Part shown: positions 12,641 through 25,413 of the stretch, in pieces | Layout: each line of letters begins with the position of its first letter | How positions within the stretch are numbered: the first letter of the stretch is position 1 | Source of the DNA: Felis catus | Taxonomy: Eukaryota | Assembly (NCBI RefSeq): GCF_018350175.1 | Contig: NC_058368.1 | Coordinates: 137,952,001 to 138,016,000 of the forward strand | Direction: 5' to 3' | Length of the DNA stretch: 64,000 nucleotides | Position numbers and translations under genes: made by a program | Notes under the pieces: model-generated | Databases searched by the model: none | What the model was told of the DNA's origin: nothing | The model's input: the letters and a program-made list of their open reading frames with translations, nothing else

Positions 12641-13393
12641 AACATTAAGGATGAAAGCAAAGGCTGGAGGAGTTATCTGTGGCCTTCTCCCTCCCGACTG
12701 TGGTTCATTTGCTTATGACTCCTTCCTTCAGCAAATGTTCATGGAACATCTGTGTCGGGCAGTGTGCTAGACCGTGTAGATACAACAGTGAACAAGAAAG
12801 ATTGACAGAGTCTGGCCCTTGGTGAGCTTACAGTCTGGAGAACAATGTAATTTTTTGCAAGAGAGTTTGTATCAGAATCATGAGGAGGTACTTTTTAAGA
12901 GTTCACATATCCCATGCCTCCCTCCTGAGGACTGGCTCACTGAGTCCAGGATGGGTTTGGGGCATGGCAAAAATTTTTGAAAAGCTCCCTTGGTGACTGT
13001 GAAACACAGGATGTATGGGATGATAAATACTCTTCTAGACTAGAGACTTCCAAACGTTTACGATTGTATACGCCATCAGTAACAAAATAAATAAATGAAA
13101 TAAAATTGTCATTCCCCCATGGCATGCGAATACTTATTGATAAATCTATACGTGTGCTAGTCCACCAAATATTATATGTATTGTAAAGCATTGTCTAAAA
13201 TTAAAATTTAAGAAGGGTGAAATTAAATATACTATATAAAAATGAAAGTTCTAATTTTTTTTTTTCCCCTGACCCCACTGGAGTCTCTTGCATACCCTGG
13301 GTGGTTCATTTGGAAATCACTTCTCTACTCTAAATGATAATGAGGCTGTGAGTGGCAAACAAGAAAGGAAACTACTTTTAAAAAGTCAGTGCT

Positions 13394-13620
13394 GGGGCGC
13401 CTGGGTGGCGCAGTCGGTTAAGCTTCCGACTTCAGCCAGGTCACGATCTCGCGGTCCGTGAGTTCGAGCCCCGCGTCGGGCTCTGGGCTGATGGCTCAGA
13501 GCCTGGAGCCTGTTTCCGATTCTGTGTCTCCCTCTCTCTGACCCTCCCCCGTTCATGCTCTGTCTCTCTCTGTCCCAAAAATAAATAAACGTTGAAAAAA
13601 AAAAACCAAAAAACCAACTA
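13394..13620 (+). mobile_element. Young CAN-SINE
   Basis: TSD aaaaagtcagtgct. Confidence 0.93.
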
Positions 13621-14934
13621 AAAAGTCAGTGCTTATTTAGTGTGACAGTCCTGAAAGGTATTCAAAACCTAATGCAAAAACTAATCATTAAAATAGAATT
13701 AGACATCGCCTTAGAACAGTGCCATTACAATGGAATTAGAACAACACAGAATGCCTTCATTACCTCAGTGGCTGCTGCGTAACTGGAAATCATTCCATCG
13801 CAGGTCAGCAGACACGAGGGAACTTTCTGCCGTCTCCCGGCGCTAAAATACATCGTCTTAACTAACAACCAAGAGGGAGGGAGAAGGAATTGTGCAGACT
13901 GAGAGATGAACAGAGGGGCTTACGTGAGGCCTGGACGCCTGAGGGTCTGCAATCACTCAGGACAAGCCTCGGGAAGTGGGCTTCTGAGGAGGTGGGGGAG
14001 GTGGGGAGAGGGGGCGCTGGAATGTGGAGCTGGCGTGCCCCGTACAGTGGGCGTGTGCATTTCCTCGCTTGAGGCCGACTCCATCTGATGCAAGACCAAC
14101 TTCCATACTGCAGAGGGCAGCAGAGAGCAGCAGTGAACAGGCCCTAATTCCACAGGAGGGAGGTGTTTTCAGCCCGCTAACCTGACAATCAGCACCCTAA
14201 ATTGCTCCGAGGTCGCCCTGACAGGAAGGACCAGAAGGACCAGGAGATACTCATGTCTGTCCTGTGCTACTCAGGAATGACTGGCTAGGACTTTTCAAGC
14301 GCCTGGGGGGAAATCTGCAGCCACTTGCCCCTGCCCCTGTGATTGTGTTTTCTCCTTTTGCAAGCAGCATGAGCATTGTTTAAGCACCTTCCGATACGCT
14401 GTCTCATCAACTTTTGTGGGGAGTCTGTGAGGTGAATGGGATTTGTAGGACCATGTTATAGTCGAGGAAACCGATGCCCAGAGATGTGAACACCTGTCCA
14501 ACCGTCGAAAGCTAGTTAGTGGCAGAACGGGACTTAAACCTGAGTCTCCTAAAAGCAAATACTGGTTAACTTCTGCTCATCTGCTCCACGTTTCCAGTGG
14601 AGGCGCACTGTGGCTCACTCTTTGAAAATATCAACTTTAAATATTGATTTAAAAAATCATTTCAGTAGGAAGTATGCCCTGAAGAATGGTTCTGTACCAG
14701 AATACAACAATAATTGGCTTAGTTGCCCACTGAATACACACTGGTATCTTCAAATGAAGAGAACGTTAGAGTTTTCAAGCAACATCTGCGTTGCTCACTT
14801 AGAGTGTTGGTTAAGTGAAAGGTGTGTTTCTCCTGAACTACAAACAAAGGGATGTATCAACACTCCTGTTTTGTATGCAAACAGGTGTTCTCGGGAGTTG
14901 TGTTTTCAGACTCACAATATAGAAACAGACTACA

Positions 14935-15057
14935 GGACGCCTGGGTTGCCCGGTTGGTTGGACTGCCGACTACAGCTCAGGTCATGATCTCGCGGTCTGT
15001 GAGTTCGAGCCCCGCGTCGGGCTCTGTGCTGACAGCTCAGAGCCTGGAGCCTGTGCT

Positions 15058-15099
<42 letters not shown>

Positions 15100-15128
15100 A
15101 ATAATAAACATTAAAAAAAGAAAAAAAG
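14935..15128 (+). mobile_element. CAN-SINE with internal deletion
   Basis: TSD agaaacagactaca; long (CT)n. Confidence 0.88.
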
Positions 15129-15275
15129 AAACAGACTACATTATAGGACCCAAAACTGAGCTAACATTTTTCTACCATTATCCCCCAATTGGCAATTGTG
15201 TTACTCATTCACTTACCCATCACTTTAAATTACTGTTACAAATCTAAATTCTACTACCTTTCTGGCAACTGATTT

Positions 15276-15277
15276 TT

Positions 15278-15339
<62 letters not shown>

Positions 15340-15340
15340 T
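15276..15340. repeat. (TTTC)n tetranucleotide microsatellite
   Basis: Long near-perfect run. Confidence 0.95.
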
Positions 15341-16795
15341 TTTTCTTCAGTTATATAGTAATCTATCACCCTGGAGTTTATACATTGTTTCATGGTTGTG
15401 TGTGTTGAAATAACAGTTTAGTAAAAATTAAAATGATGGTAACCTGGTGAGAGTTGGGGCCTGCAGTAATTTTCCAAGTGTGCAGAGGTTCCTTCAGTAC
15501 CCAGGTTGGAGGAACCCACCCCAGAGAGAGCTACCCTATCTCCCTATTGCACCCCCTTCCCACTCCACGATGGCTCGCCTCTGAGAACTGCTTACAGATC
15601 TCTTTCCTTCCTCTTTTTTCTTCAGCGCGGTCAGCCCTGACTCCTCTCTTACTGTAACTCCACTCTTAGCTCCTGTGCCCGTCAGGGGCCTCTCTTTCTT
15701 GGGAAAAGTGTTGAGATCCTACTCTAGTCCAGTTACTTTGTTTTACACCTGAAGAAGCTGGGGCCTAGATGGATAAAGTGACTCTAGTTCAAGGGTACTG
15801 GAGACTACAGCTGGCATTCCTGCACAGGGAAGCAGCAGTCATTACTCCCCATGCATGGCCTGCTGGTCTCCTGTTCCTAACGTGGGAGGGAGTCTCGTTA
15901 CAAAGTCTAGTGACGAAAGGCACTACGAGGAGAAAGTGATTACTGGTTCAGTCGACTCCTCGCCCGCCTGCCGACACGGTGCCCGAGACTTCCTGTGTCC
16001 TCCAGCAGGCACCTGTGACTAATGGCACAGTGGGCACAGTGGCGGCACCGGCCTGGAATTGTGAACCTAGGCTCAGATCTGCTAAGGCGGTCGTCAGCAC
16101 CCTTGTGTGAGTCACCGCCCCTCTACAGGCCTCCATTTCCTGTTCTATAAAATGGTCAGGATCACAGTAGAATTCCGATGTCTCCCAATCTTCTCTAAAT
16201 ATGAGAGTCCCTTGGAGTGTTTCTTAAAACCCAAATTCCTGGGCTCCGGCCCAGATCTGGAATACCCAGGGGAGATGCCTGGCAATGTGTGTTTAACAAG
16301 GGCTCCGGCTCATTGTTATCAGCAGGAAAACGCAGAACCAGATGAACCCTGGGGCCTCTGCCAACTCCAAGATTCTGTCAACAAAAGCCTCCAATTCACT
16401 ACAAGTGTGGCTCTGAGAGGAAGGGCCTGTACTCAGGGTCAGCTCTCGCCCCTAACAGGATTGCTATCGGAGCTGTGAGTGAGTCAGCCAGCAGGGACTG
16501 AGGGACTAAGAAAACAAAATGGGTGAGCTTAATCAGAGGGATTAATTGAGAGAGGGCAAAGGCAGGCTTGCAAGGAGGGACAGAGGCTAGGGTGAGGAGC
16601 AGAAGTGAGCTTTTCTGGGTGACGGGTGGTGCGGGCTGGCCACGTGGAGGAGGTCTGGCCTGGAGGGAGCCAGCTGCACTTTCTTCAAGGCTTTTGGTGT
16701 TTCCGTTTCAGAAGATGGGTATTTGTCCAGTGTGGCATGTAGATTAGTGGTGGCTGGGCTTCAGGGGGATCAATAGTCAGAAACAGACATGCAGA

Positions 16796-17010
16796 GGGGG
16801 CCCTTGGGTGGCTCAGTTGGTTAAGCCTCCGACTCCAGCTCAGGTCATGATCTCGCTGTTGCCGAGTTCGAGTCCCGCGTTAGGCTCTGTGCTGACAGCT
16901 CAGATCCTGGAAGCTGTTTCAGATTCTTTGTCTCCCTCTCTCTCTCTGCCCCTCTCCGACTCATGCTCTATCTCTCTCTCTCTCAAAAATAAACATTCAA
17001 AGAAAGAAAG
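16796..17010 (+). mobile_element. CAN-SINE
   Basis: TSD agaaa(c/t)agacatgcaga. Confidence 0.9.
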
Positions 17011-17029
17011 AAATAGACATGCAGAGATA

Positions 17030-17430
17030 AAGGGCATAAAGGAAAACTTATTCTGACACTTGTTAAAATGGTAAGGAAGACTTCATTTGAGACTATTTCA
17101 GTAGGAAGAGAGAGTGAACTCAACTCCACCTATAAGCAAAGACAACTGGGGGTGTACAGCCAGTGAGCAGAGTGAGGGGGTCTATGGATGGAAAGTTACT
17201 AAGAGGAACTTGATTAGCCATCAAGGGTAGGGGGATCCTTGCTAATGCAGGCCAACACGACCAACTATCAAGGGCAAGGGATTCTTAGTAAACTGGCTTA
17301 GGAGATTTGTGCCAAGACTGGACTCCGCAGGCCAAGGTCAAGGGCAGTAGACCAAAGCCAAAGTCAAGGTCAAAACAAGAAGAGGGCTCAGAGGAGCTTG
17401 ACTCAAGTTTGGTCAGGGAGTGAGATCTCC
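17030..17430 (-). mobile_element. Solo LTR remnant, MER31-like (ERV1)
   Basis: Reverse complement begins ...ctccctgaccaaacttgagtcaagctcctctgagccctctt, resembling the MER31 5' end as recalled. Confidence 0.55.
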
Positions 17431-17789
17431 CATGGTTGAGATGAGGTAGTAAAAAGCTAGCAGGATTTGTCTCTGTCAGGCTAAAGAAGCTGACTGAGAG
17501 GAAGAACCATCCTTATGAAAATATGCAGGATTGAACTGGGGGCTGGTGTTGCTTGATAGAGGTAATGTTAATAATAATATAATAGCAATAATTATAGCTC
17601 TCATTTACTAATTATCATGTGCTAGTATGAACATTATCTCAAATCTTTAGAAAAACCCTCAGACCGTATTAGTTTTTTAATTTTACAGGTGAGAAAACTT
17701 GGGCTCAGGAAAAGCATTGTCAAAGTCAGGAGTTGAATCCGGGTTCATCTGATTCTGAAACTCTCATTGTTTTCACTATGGCATAAATC

Positions 17790-18017
17790 TTTTTTTTTTT
17801 TCTTCGTTTTTCTTTCTTTATTTTTGGGACAGAGAGAGACCGAGCATGAACGGGGGAGTGGCAGAGAGAGAGGGAGACACAGAATCCGAAACAGGCTCCA
17901 GGCTCCAGGCTCCGAGCCGTCAGCCCAGAGCCTGACGCGGGGCTCGAACTCACGGACCGCGAGATCGTGACCTGGCTGAAGTCGGACGCTTAACCGACTG
18001 CACCACCCAGGCGCCCC
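17790..18017 (-). mobile_element. Young CAN-SINE inside a MIR remnant region
   Basis: TSD cactatggcataaatctt; extra ggctcca unit. Confidence 0.93.
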
Positions 18018-19517
18018 ACTATGGCATAAATCTTATATACAGCAGTTTGTAAAGTGAATGGATTTATAGAGTGAATGAATACATGAACACATGCACTTTT
18101 TTCCAGTCTAAAATAGTTCTCCAGATGAACACATTCTTTTTGTCTCTGACAAGCCTTAAAAACTGCATGAGCCTCTTATCCACCCTAACCTGGCCTCTCT
18201 CTCGGTCACTGTCACGTGGCCTCGGCTTCAACAGTGTAGTTTTGTTTTGTTTCATGTGACTGAGATGCCTAATGGGTGGGGTTAACGGACTCGAAGCCTG
18301 GAAAACTCAGTGCACAGCTGAGCACATTGGAAACCCTGAAAACTAACGAGGACTGAAGGGTAGAGCGCAGATCTCCTTGGTGTGCGGACGCCCTGGGGTT
18401 ACTACATCCTTTTGCCTGTTTCTGACTAAAGGCCACTGGTCAAAGTGAGAGAGAAGCCTTGTGACTTCTGCGTGGAGAAGACTTCGTTCCTTTGTTCCTG
18501 CTGTCTGTGGTGAGACAGCTTGTCGCCAAGAACGCACCGGTGATTTGAATACCCCAATGGCTAGAAATATTAAGAGCTAATCCAAACCATCAGAATTGTT
18601 GGCTCCCACTCTAGCAAAGAAGGATAAACAAAATCTTTCTCAACTGGGAAATGGTTCAGGATTAATTTTCATGGCGTTTCCAGCCCATCAAAGATAAGCT
18701 TTCAACACCGGAATGTTTCACTCAAATTTTTCTCACAGGCTTCATTGTTTTGTTAATCAAGCTTATCACAAGGGTAGCATCTTTGTATCTGTATTGCTAA
18801 TTAGATTCTTTCAAACCATGTTGACATTTTGGTCGTTTTGAAACCATCTTTTTTTTTTTTTTTTTTTCCTTTTCATGCACTAGGTCATGTCTTATTAACC
18901 TCTTTGAAGATTTGGCTGTCTTTTTAGGGATATTTGAATCATACTGATTTGTGTGCTTATAAAATATGCAGTGAGGACAGATCGACAGAAGGCTGGAATG
19001 GAGAAGAAGGAAATAAAGTGCGTGTTGTTAAGTTTCTATCTATGCCACAAACTATAAAAGGTCACACACATAAAATAATGATAGGGGCTATTACACCAGT
19101 TGTTTTCTGTTAGTCTCAGCTGATTGATGGTGATCCTATCAGCTAGGAATGCCTGCAACCTTTTCTATCCGTGGCAACCCTCACGGACATTTCCCCCACC
19201 TGCACCTACCGCACCTACCCTGGGGCTCCTATCATGTCTGCAAATTACAGCTCAACTACAACCACCAGGGAACAGCGGGAAAAAAAAAGATTTATTACTC
19301 ACAAGTCCTGGAGGGTACATGGCACACCTGGGCTCATATACCCAGGTCAGCAGGAGAGAGAAAGGTAAAGAGAGAGAGAGAGAGCCTTCTTCATTTATGG
19401 GGTTGAGGATGCTGCCTTGTGTCTCAAGGCTTCCCTCCTGGAGAATTCTAACGCTAGAATTAAAATATAACCTAGTTCCTGGCATTATTATCTGATCCCC
19501 ATTTAAAATAAACTCTT

Positions 19518-19749
19518 GGGGCACCGGGGTGGCTCAGTCGGTTAAGCGTCCGACTTCAGCTCAGGTCACGATCTCGCGGCCCGTGAGTTCAAGCCCTGCG
19601 TCCGGCTCTGGGCTGATGGCTCAGAGCCTGGAGCCTGCTTCTGGTTCTGTGTCTCCCTCTCTCTCTGCCCCTCCCCTGTTCATGCTCTGTCTCTCTCTGT
19701 CTCAAAAATAAATAAACGTTAAAAAAAACCATTTAATAAAAAAAAAAAA
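19518..19749 (+). mobile_element. CAN-SINE
   Basis: TSD aaaataaactcttg. Confidence 0.92.
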
Positions 19750-20814
19750 TAAACTCTTGTAGTTATATTTTGCTTCAAACAGGTCATCATTTATTTCACC
19801 AGCTCCTAGGTGTTTTTGAGGTTGACAGTTTCTGGATCCTTTCTGGAGGGGTCAGTGTCACATTCGTACTGCATCATGACTGCCACTTGGCGGCCAGTTA
19901 TTGTATGACACATCTCAGAGCATCTGATTGGTTAAAGCTCCATAACACACTTGCACTCTAGTCGCCAGGGGAGGCTGGGGTAAGGAGGGTGGGGAAGGTA
20001 GGAAAGAACGCACCCTGACTTCTTTGCTTCTCTAAAGGGAGGCGATTTGACACATTGTCTTGGGAGCACAAAGGTATTGGTGAATCTAACTACACAAAAT
20101 AAAATATATACGCTCTGAAAAAATTAACATAAAGCCCAAAGCTAGAACCCAAATGACAAATCAAATCAGTTTTGGGGATACACTGGAACACTTTAAGATG
20201 AATCAACTAGTCTTCTGTTTACTTACATCTATGCACAAAAGAAGAGAAAAAGAGTTCTAAGACAGTTATTTTTAAGCAAAAGGGAATAACAGTTCATATT
20301 TTCTACTTACAAAGCTCCATGTGAATGCAGTTACCCGTGACGACTAGGCAGCATACGAAGTTTTCAGAGATTAAAAAGCTGTGTTGAAAAGGCATTGTTT
20401 CTCCCCTGAATCGCAGTGGGAACTTCGTCTATATTAGCTGACAGACTGTTGCAGATCCTTCTTTAGACTATATTCTATATCATTGGTTTATTTGTTTTGT
20501 CACTGCCTGTGTTAACTGCTGTAGCTTTATATGGTAAGTCTGGATATCTGACCATTTTACTCTTCTAACTTTGTTCTTCTTCAAGAAGAACTTCTTCAAG
20601 TTTTGGCAATTTTAGGCACCTGAAGTCTGAGATGCCAATATTAATGTGGCCAAATCAACATCCTTTTGTTGATGTTTATGGTATCTTTTCCTAGTTTTTT
20701 TTTACTTTCAATCTATCTTCATCCTTATATTTAAAGTTTGTTTCTTTAAAATAGCAAATGGTGATTCTTGCTGGGTTTCCTTGGTCCAGTCTCTCAACCT
20801 TTGTCTTTTCTTTG

Positions 20815-20951
20815 TTTTGTTTTTGTTTTTTAAGTAGGCTTCATACCCAGCGTGGACCCCAATGCGGGGCTTGACCTCACGACCTTGAGATCAAGATCTG
20901 ATCTGAGATCAAGGGTCAGACACTTAACCAACTGAGTCACCCAGAGGCCCC
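20815..20951 (-). mobile_element. Short CAN-SINE inside an old L1 fragment
   Basis: TSD tctcaacctttgt. Confidence 0.8.
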
Positions 20952-21229
20952 TCTCAACCTTTGTTTTTTAACTGTAATGTTTAGTCCTTGTACATTTAAT
21001 GTTGAATTTAAGTTTACCATCTTGCTAGTTGTTTTCTATTTGTCCTATCTATGTTTCCATATTTCTTGCTTCCTCCTTCTTTCAAATCAATCAAGCATTT
21101 TTTTATTATTCCATTTTCTCTTCTTTTGCTTATCTACTTATGGCTCCTGGTCAGGGCTCTCCATAGGTATTGTGTTTGCTCCCCCTTTCCCCCTTCTTAA
21201 CAGATGCTGGTGTTTCTCCCCACTCAGCC

Positions 21230-21710
21230 CAAGTGCTACAGAAGATGCTGGCTGTCAGTTGAGTTGGGTATGACTGGTAGATGCTCAGCTAGTCTTAATC
21301 TCCATAGCTGGTTCAGGAACGAGCATGTAAGCCTGTCGTCAATGAGACTAGAGGAGTGGTTTTCTGGAAACTTCCGGAGAAGTTCTTCCTCACTCTTCTG
21401 GAAGGGGGATGGGACACCTCCTTCTCTCATTGAACTAGACAGAAATGGAGAAGCATATGGCCCCTGTTATTAGACACCACACCATGGCCCTGAGGGGAAC
21501 CAGCTTTAAGACGGGGCTGAATTGTGGCCCACAGAGTGCAGAGACCGAAATAACCTGGGTCTTACTTGACATTGTTGCTTTGCTATGTCAGCCAACTTTG
21601 AAGTCCTCCTAACTCTGGACTTCCTCCTATGTGAGCAAATACATTTACTTATATGTTTAAGCCACCTCAAGTGGGTTTTATTTTACACCTGAAAGCATTC
21701 TGACAGATAT
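21230..21710 (+). mobile_element. MLT1-like (ERVL-MaLR) LTR remnant
   Basis: 3' end gtttaagccac...gaaagcattctgacagata is typical of old MLT1 LTRs. Confidence 0.55.
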
Positions 21711-23224
21711 GAGAAGTACATGTTACTTTTATATACAGAAAAAATAAAGATAAAGGTCAGGGATTCTGACCTGGGCTTCCTGAAGCCACAGAAGTAAGTT
21801 TCTTTCCCAAATCAATTCCTATTTGACATCAACTCTTCTTATCAATTACTGCATATTGCGTTGAGGTTAGTGAATTTGTACTGCATTCTCTCCCTGACTA
21901 GATCCTGAGGTGCAGGGGCCGTGACTTCAGCACCTGGCACAAACTTTGACATTTGTGTTCTACTGTTTCTCGTAAGTCAACAGCAGTTGCTGTATTTGAC
22001 TTTTCCCCCATGTAGGAGGCTGTGTGAAAGCTGACCACACACAGTACATGGTGCTTTCTTGGGGAGGGCCCCAGTCATCTTATCGACACAGGGAAGGCAA
22101 CGGTATCTTCTAAGAAGGACCTAGAATGGCACAAAGGGAGTGGTTTATTCTCTGAAGGAGGCAGTAAGGCCAAACTCTGGCCCAAACGAGCTCTTCGCTA
22201 AATACCACCAACCTGTTCCTGAAGTGGCTGAGGGACCTCGGAGGCAGGAGATCAATGAGACAGGGGTACATGTGATTGACTTCATTTTTGTTGACAGTCT
22301 CCTTGGCAGAGGGGCAAACACCAGCGTCACCACGTACGAGAAGATCCAAGTTTTCATAACAGGCACACATCATGGAAGAGGGTTACCCAGCCTTGTCCTT
22401 GTGGAGGAACCCGTGAGCCAGTGTGAATTCTGGATGGCCAGCGCTTTAGTCAATATCCGTGTCCCGAAGGAAATCCTAGAACAAAGGAATAACAAGTTCT
22501 TTGGCATTTGTTGGTAAGAGACTACTGTCCCGGGTGTTCAGGGCTCTTTTCTTATCCAAAAGATAAGCAAAATAAGTTAACAACTGTATGGCATCAGAAA
22601 TGCATCTTTCGGAAACACAAATTAATAAAGGATGTGCAGTTATAACTAACAGCTCATTGAAGGACAAAAGCTGAGTTATTCTTGTGTTATTCATGTTTAC
22701 CTTTATAAAAGAGAGCATGTACCAACAGGCTAGAGAGAAAGGATAAGCTATGTTCTTTCATAACGTTACTTTGTAGACAGGGTGGCAATGTGAAAGGCAA
22801 ATGTTAGAATGTGGTTTGGAACATGCTGGTTCTACCAGCCACAGCAAGGTTGGCACTCTTGGCTGTACATGAGAATCACCCAGGAAGCTGTTACATGCCC
22901 CCGCTTGGCGTCCCGGATGAATAAAACAGATTCTCTGGGAGACCCCGGCCTTAGCATTTTCAACCGCCTCCAGATGAGCATTTCAACCTCTTAGCATTTC
23001 AACCGCCCTCCAGATGATTCCATTGTGCATCCCAGAACCAATTGTCCTTAGAGTGGAGCCTCTGCTACTCTCAGATCCTCTGGCTTCTGTTTCTCCTCAG
23101 GACACAGAGGGTTCTGTTGTGTCCATAAGGAGGACTAATGTGGGGACACAGCAGGACAGTGTGTGATAAACCCAGTACCAGGCATTTTAGGGCCTTGAAC
23201 ATGCCTCAGTTAACCATTCATTTA

Positions 23225-23558
23225 AATTTATGTTTATTTTTGAGAGAGCGAGTGAGTGAGTGAGCAGGGGAGGGGCAGAGAGAGAGGGAGACACAGAGTC
23301 TGAAGCAGGCTCCAGGCTCTAAGCTGTCAGCACAGAGCCTGATGTGGGGTTCGAACCCATGAACCTTGAGATCATGACCTGGGCAGAAGTCCAATGCTCA
23401 ACCAACTAAGCCATCCAGGAGCCCCGACACTTGGCATTTTTAACTTGTCCTCAGGATGTGTGGGACAACAGGAGATGATTTTGAACAAAACCAAACTCGC
23501 TGGGAGGAGTTTTGTTTTGTTTTTTTTTAAGTTTATTTAAGAAAGAAATGGAGCACGT

Positions 23559-23593
<35 letters not shown>

Positions 23594-23752
23594 AGTGGTG
23601 GAGGGGCAGAGACAGAAGGAGAGAGAGAATCCCAAGCAGGCTCTGCACTGTCAGTGCAGAGTCCGACTTGGGCCTCAATCCCATGAAATGTAAGATCATG
23701 ATCCGAGCCCAAAACAAAAGTTGGACCCTTAAGTGAGCCGCCCAGGCTCCCC
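23225..23752 (-). mobile_element. Two CAN-SINEs (23225-23425, 23525-23752) with (CA)n
   Basis: Reverse-complement SINE bodies; (CA)n at 23561-23590. Confidence 0.85.
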
Positions 23753-24913
23753 AGAGGCAGATTCTATGTAAGATCTTCAAGGCAGGGCAGTGAAAATGTC
23801 CCTGTGGGTCCCCACCACTGCATCTCCTGAGTCCAACCCAAATCTAACATGGCGTATGAGCTCAATAAATGTGTACTGAAGGATTGAATGACTATTGAGG
23901 GGAAATTTCTTATTTCAAATATTTAACCTTTTGGGTAAGAGACAGTGAACAGAAGACGGACTGAGTACCCATAAGGACTTTACGACACTTTCCATGAATT
24001 GATTCTGGTATATGTAATAGGTCCGACTATTCTCAGTGGATGTGAAAAAGAAACATAATGGACACATGTAAAATGTTGAGATGCTTTCCAGGCCCATAAT
24101 GTAATATGAGCAAATATGTCTGAATGGAGAGCAATTTCACTGAATTTATGAATAAAAAATAAAACATGGGGCAAAGGTATCAAACGGTAGTCTATCCTTT
24201 TCACAGGGACAACTCAGAAAGCAATGGGTTTGGGATGGTCTACTGTGAATGTAATAATTATGTATCCAATTGTAATTGCAATTCCATTAAATATAAAATC
24301 ACCAATAATCAAGTTTCTTGTTTGGAGTCACTGACGAGGCTATGCAGGTGAATTTTATTCCTGTGCACACAGCTAGCATTACATAGCTCTCACTCCAGCA
24401 AAAAGCCTTAACTGTCTTAAGAGGAAAATCTGTACAAAAAAGAAGGTTCCTTTAACCAAAGAATATTTATATAGTTCTCTTTAGGTTGTATCCCTTTTAT
24501 TAAATGATTGTATTTTCTCTCTAAATGTACATCTAAAAGGTTTTAATCATGTTACGGTCCTTTTTTATATCTCGGTTATCTTTTATTTTAAAACCAATAT
24601 ATATATTTATAGTACTCCTTCAGTGAAATTAAAGAGCATTTAATTGACTTTTATTGAAGGGCTGACTTTTCTTTCATGGAGGACTTTTCCTACTGAAAAA
24701 CTTATTTACAAGAGAAAAATATTCTAAATATACTTCTAAAAATGACAATCAAATCTTTGTTGATTGACTTACATTTGATTTATTTTAATTATACTGTTTG
24801 ATCTAATGGGGTATCCTAGCAGGACAGAAGGGTTAAACCAAAATCTTAAAGTAATTCCTCAATAATCTTATAAAATTAAAAAAAAAAAACTAGCATGCAA
24901 ACAGAAAAAGTAC

Positions 24914-24919
24914 TTTATT
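24914..24919 (-). terminator. ANKRA2: ANKRA2 proximal polyadenylation signal
   Basis: AATAAA on the minus strand ~440 nt after the stop, followed by T-rich sequence. Further AATAAA copies lie downstream (e.g. 24354-24359). Confidence 0.65.
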
Positions 24920-25357
24920 TATAACATCATTTTGTAAACAATCACACTGTGCATTTTTGAATTCAACAATAACAAATTTTTTTTCTATAGATTTATAGCA
25001 AACCTATGTGAAGTCAATGAGTTAATACAAGAGTGAAGACAAACAGGGTAGAATAATTTTTGAAAATGTTAAATTACAGCACTTGATACAAAGACAGATA
25101 ACTATCTGTACCATAAAAATTTACATGCCACAAAACATTAATTTATAACTTTAAATATGCAGTAAAACACATTTATAAAAAAGCATCAATATTAATTTTA
25201 TTATAAACCAGTGAACTGCTGAGAGGAATATTTATTAAAACTTACTAAAACCAGTAAATTTTGCAACTGAGGTAAAAATTTGTAAGTAAACAAAACTATC
25301 ATTTATAAGAGCCAAAAAGTAAAAGAAAGGGCAAACGACACTTCCTGATGACTGCGT

Positions 25358-25413
25358 CTACTCCTTGATATTCTGAAGCAGCTTCAGCAAATGTGACTCA
25401 ATAACCTGTTGAA
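25358..25413 (-). CDS. ANKRA2: ANKRA2 last coding exon
   Basis: (V)[20 protein letters not shown] at 25360-25358. Confidence 0.95.

Larger units (their letters stand above)
8161..13853 (-). pseudogene. Decayed multi-exon LDLRAD1-like gene (TM + LDL-receptor class A repeats)
   Basis: Exon-like segments at 13853/13793-13764, 10938-10872, 9776-9650, ~8779-8728 and 8281-8161. They include a TM-like stretch CLRIFCTAFFVFRVMAAVTGLGTLLGI and an LDLa-like NQKTWTYMDKVCDTRNGCDDHSDES. Frameshifts are present. Confidence 0.65.

Noticed and set aside
19529..19711. Recurring [13 protein letters not shown]... ORFs (also 30029, 10262, 47499, 54205 and others) that look like a gene family
   Set aside because: They are translations of CAN-SINE bodies, not genes.
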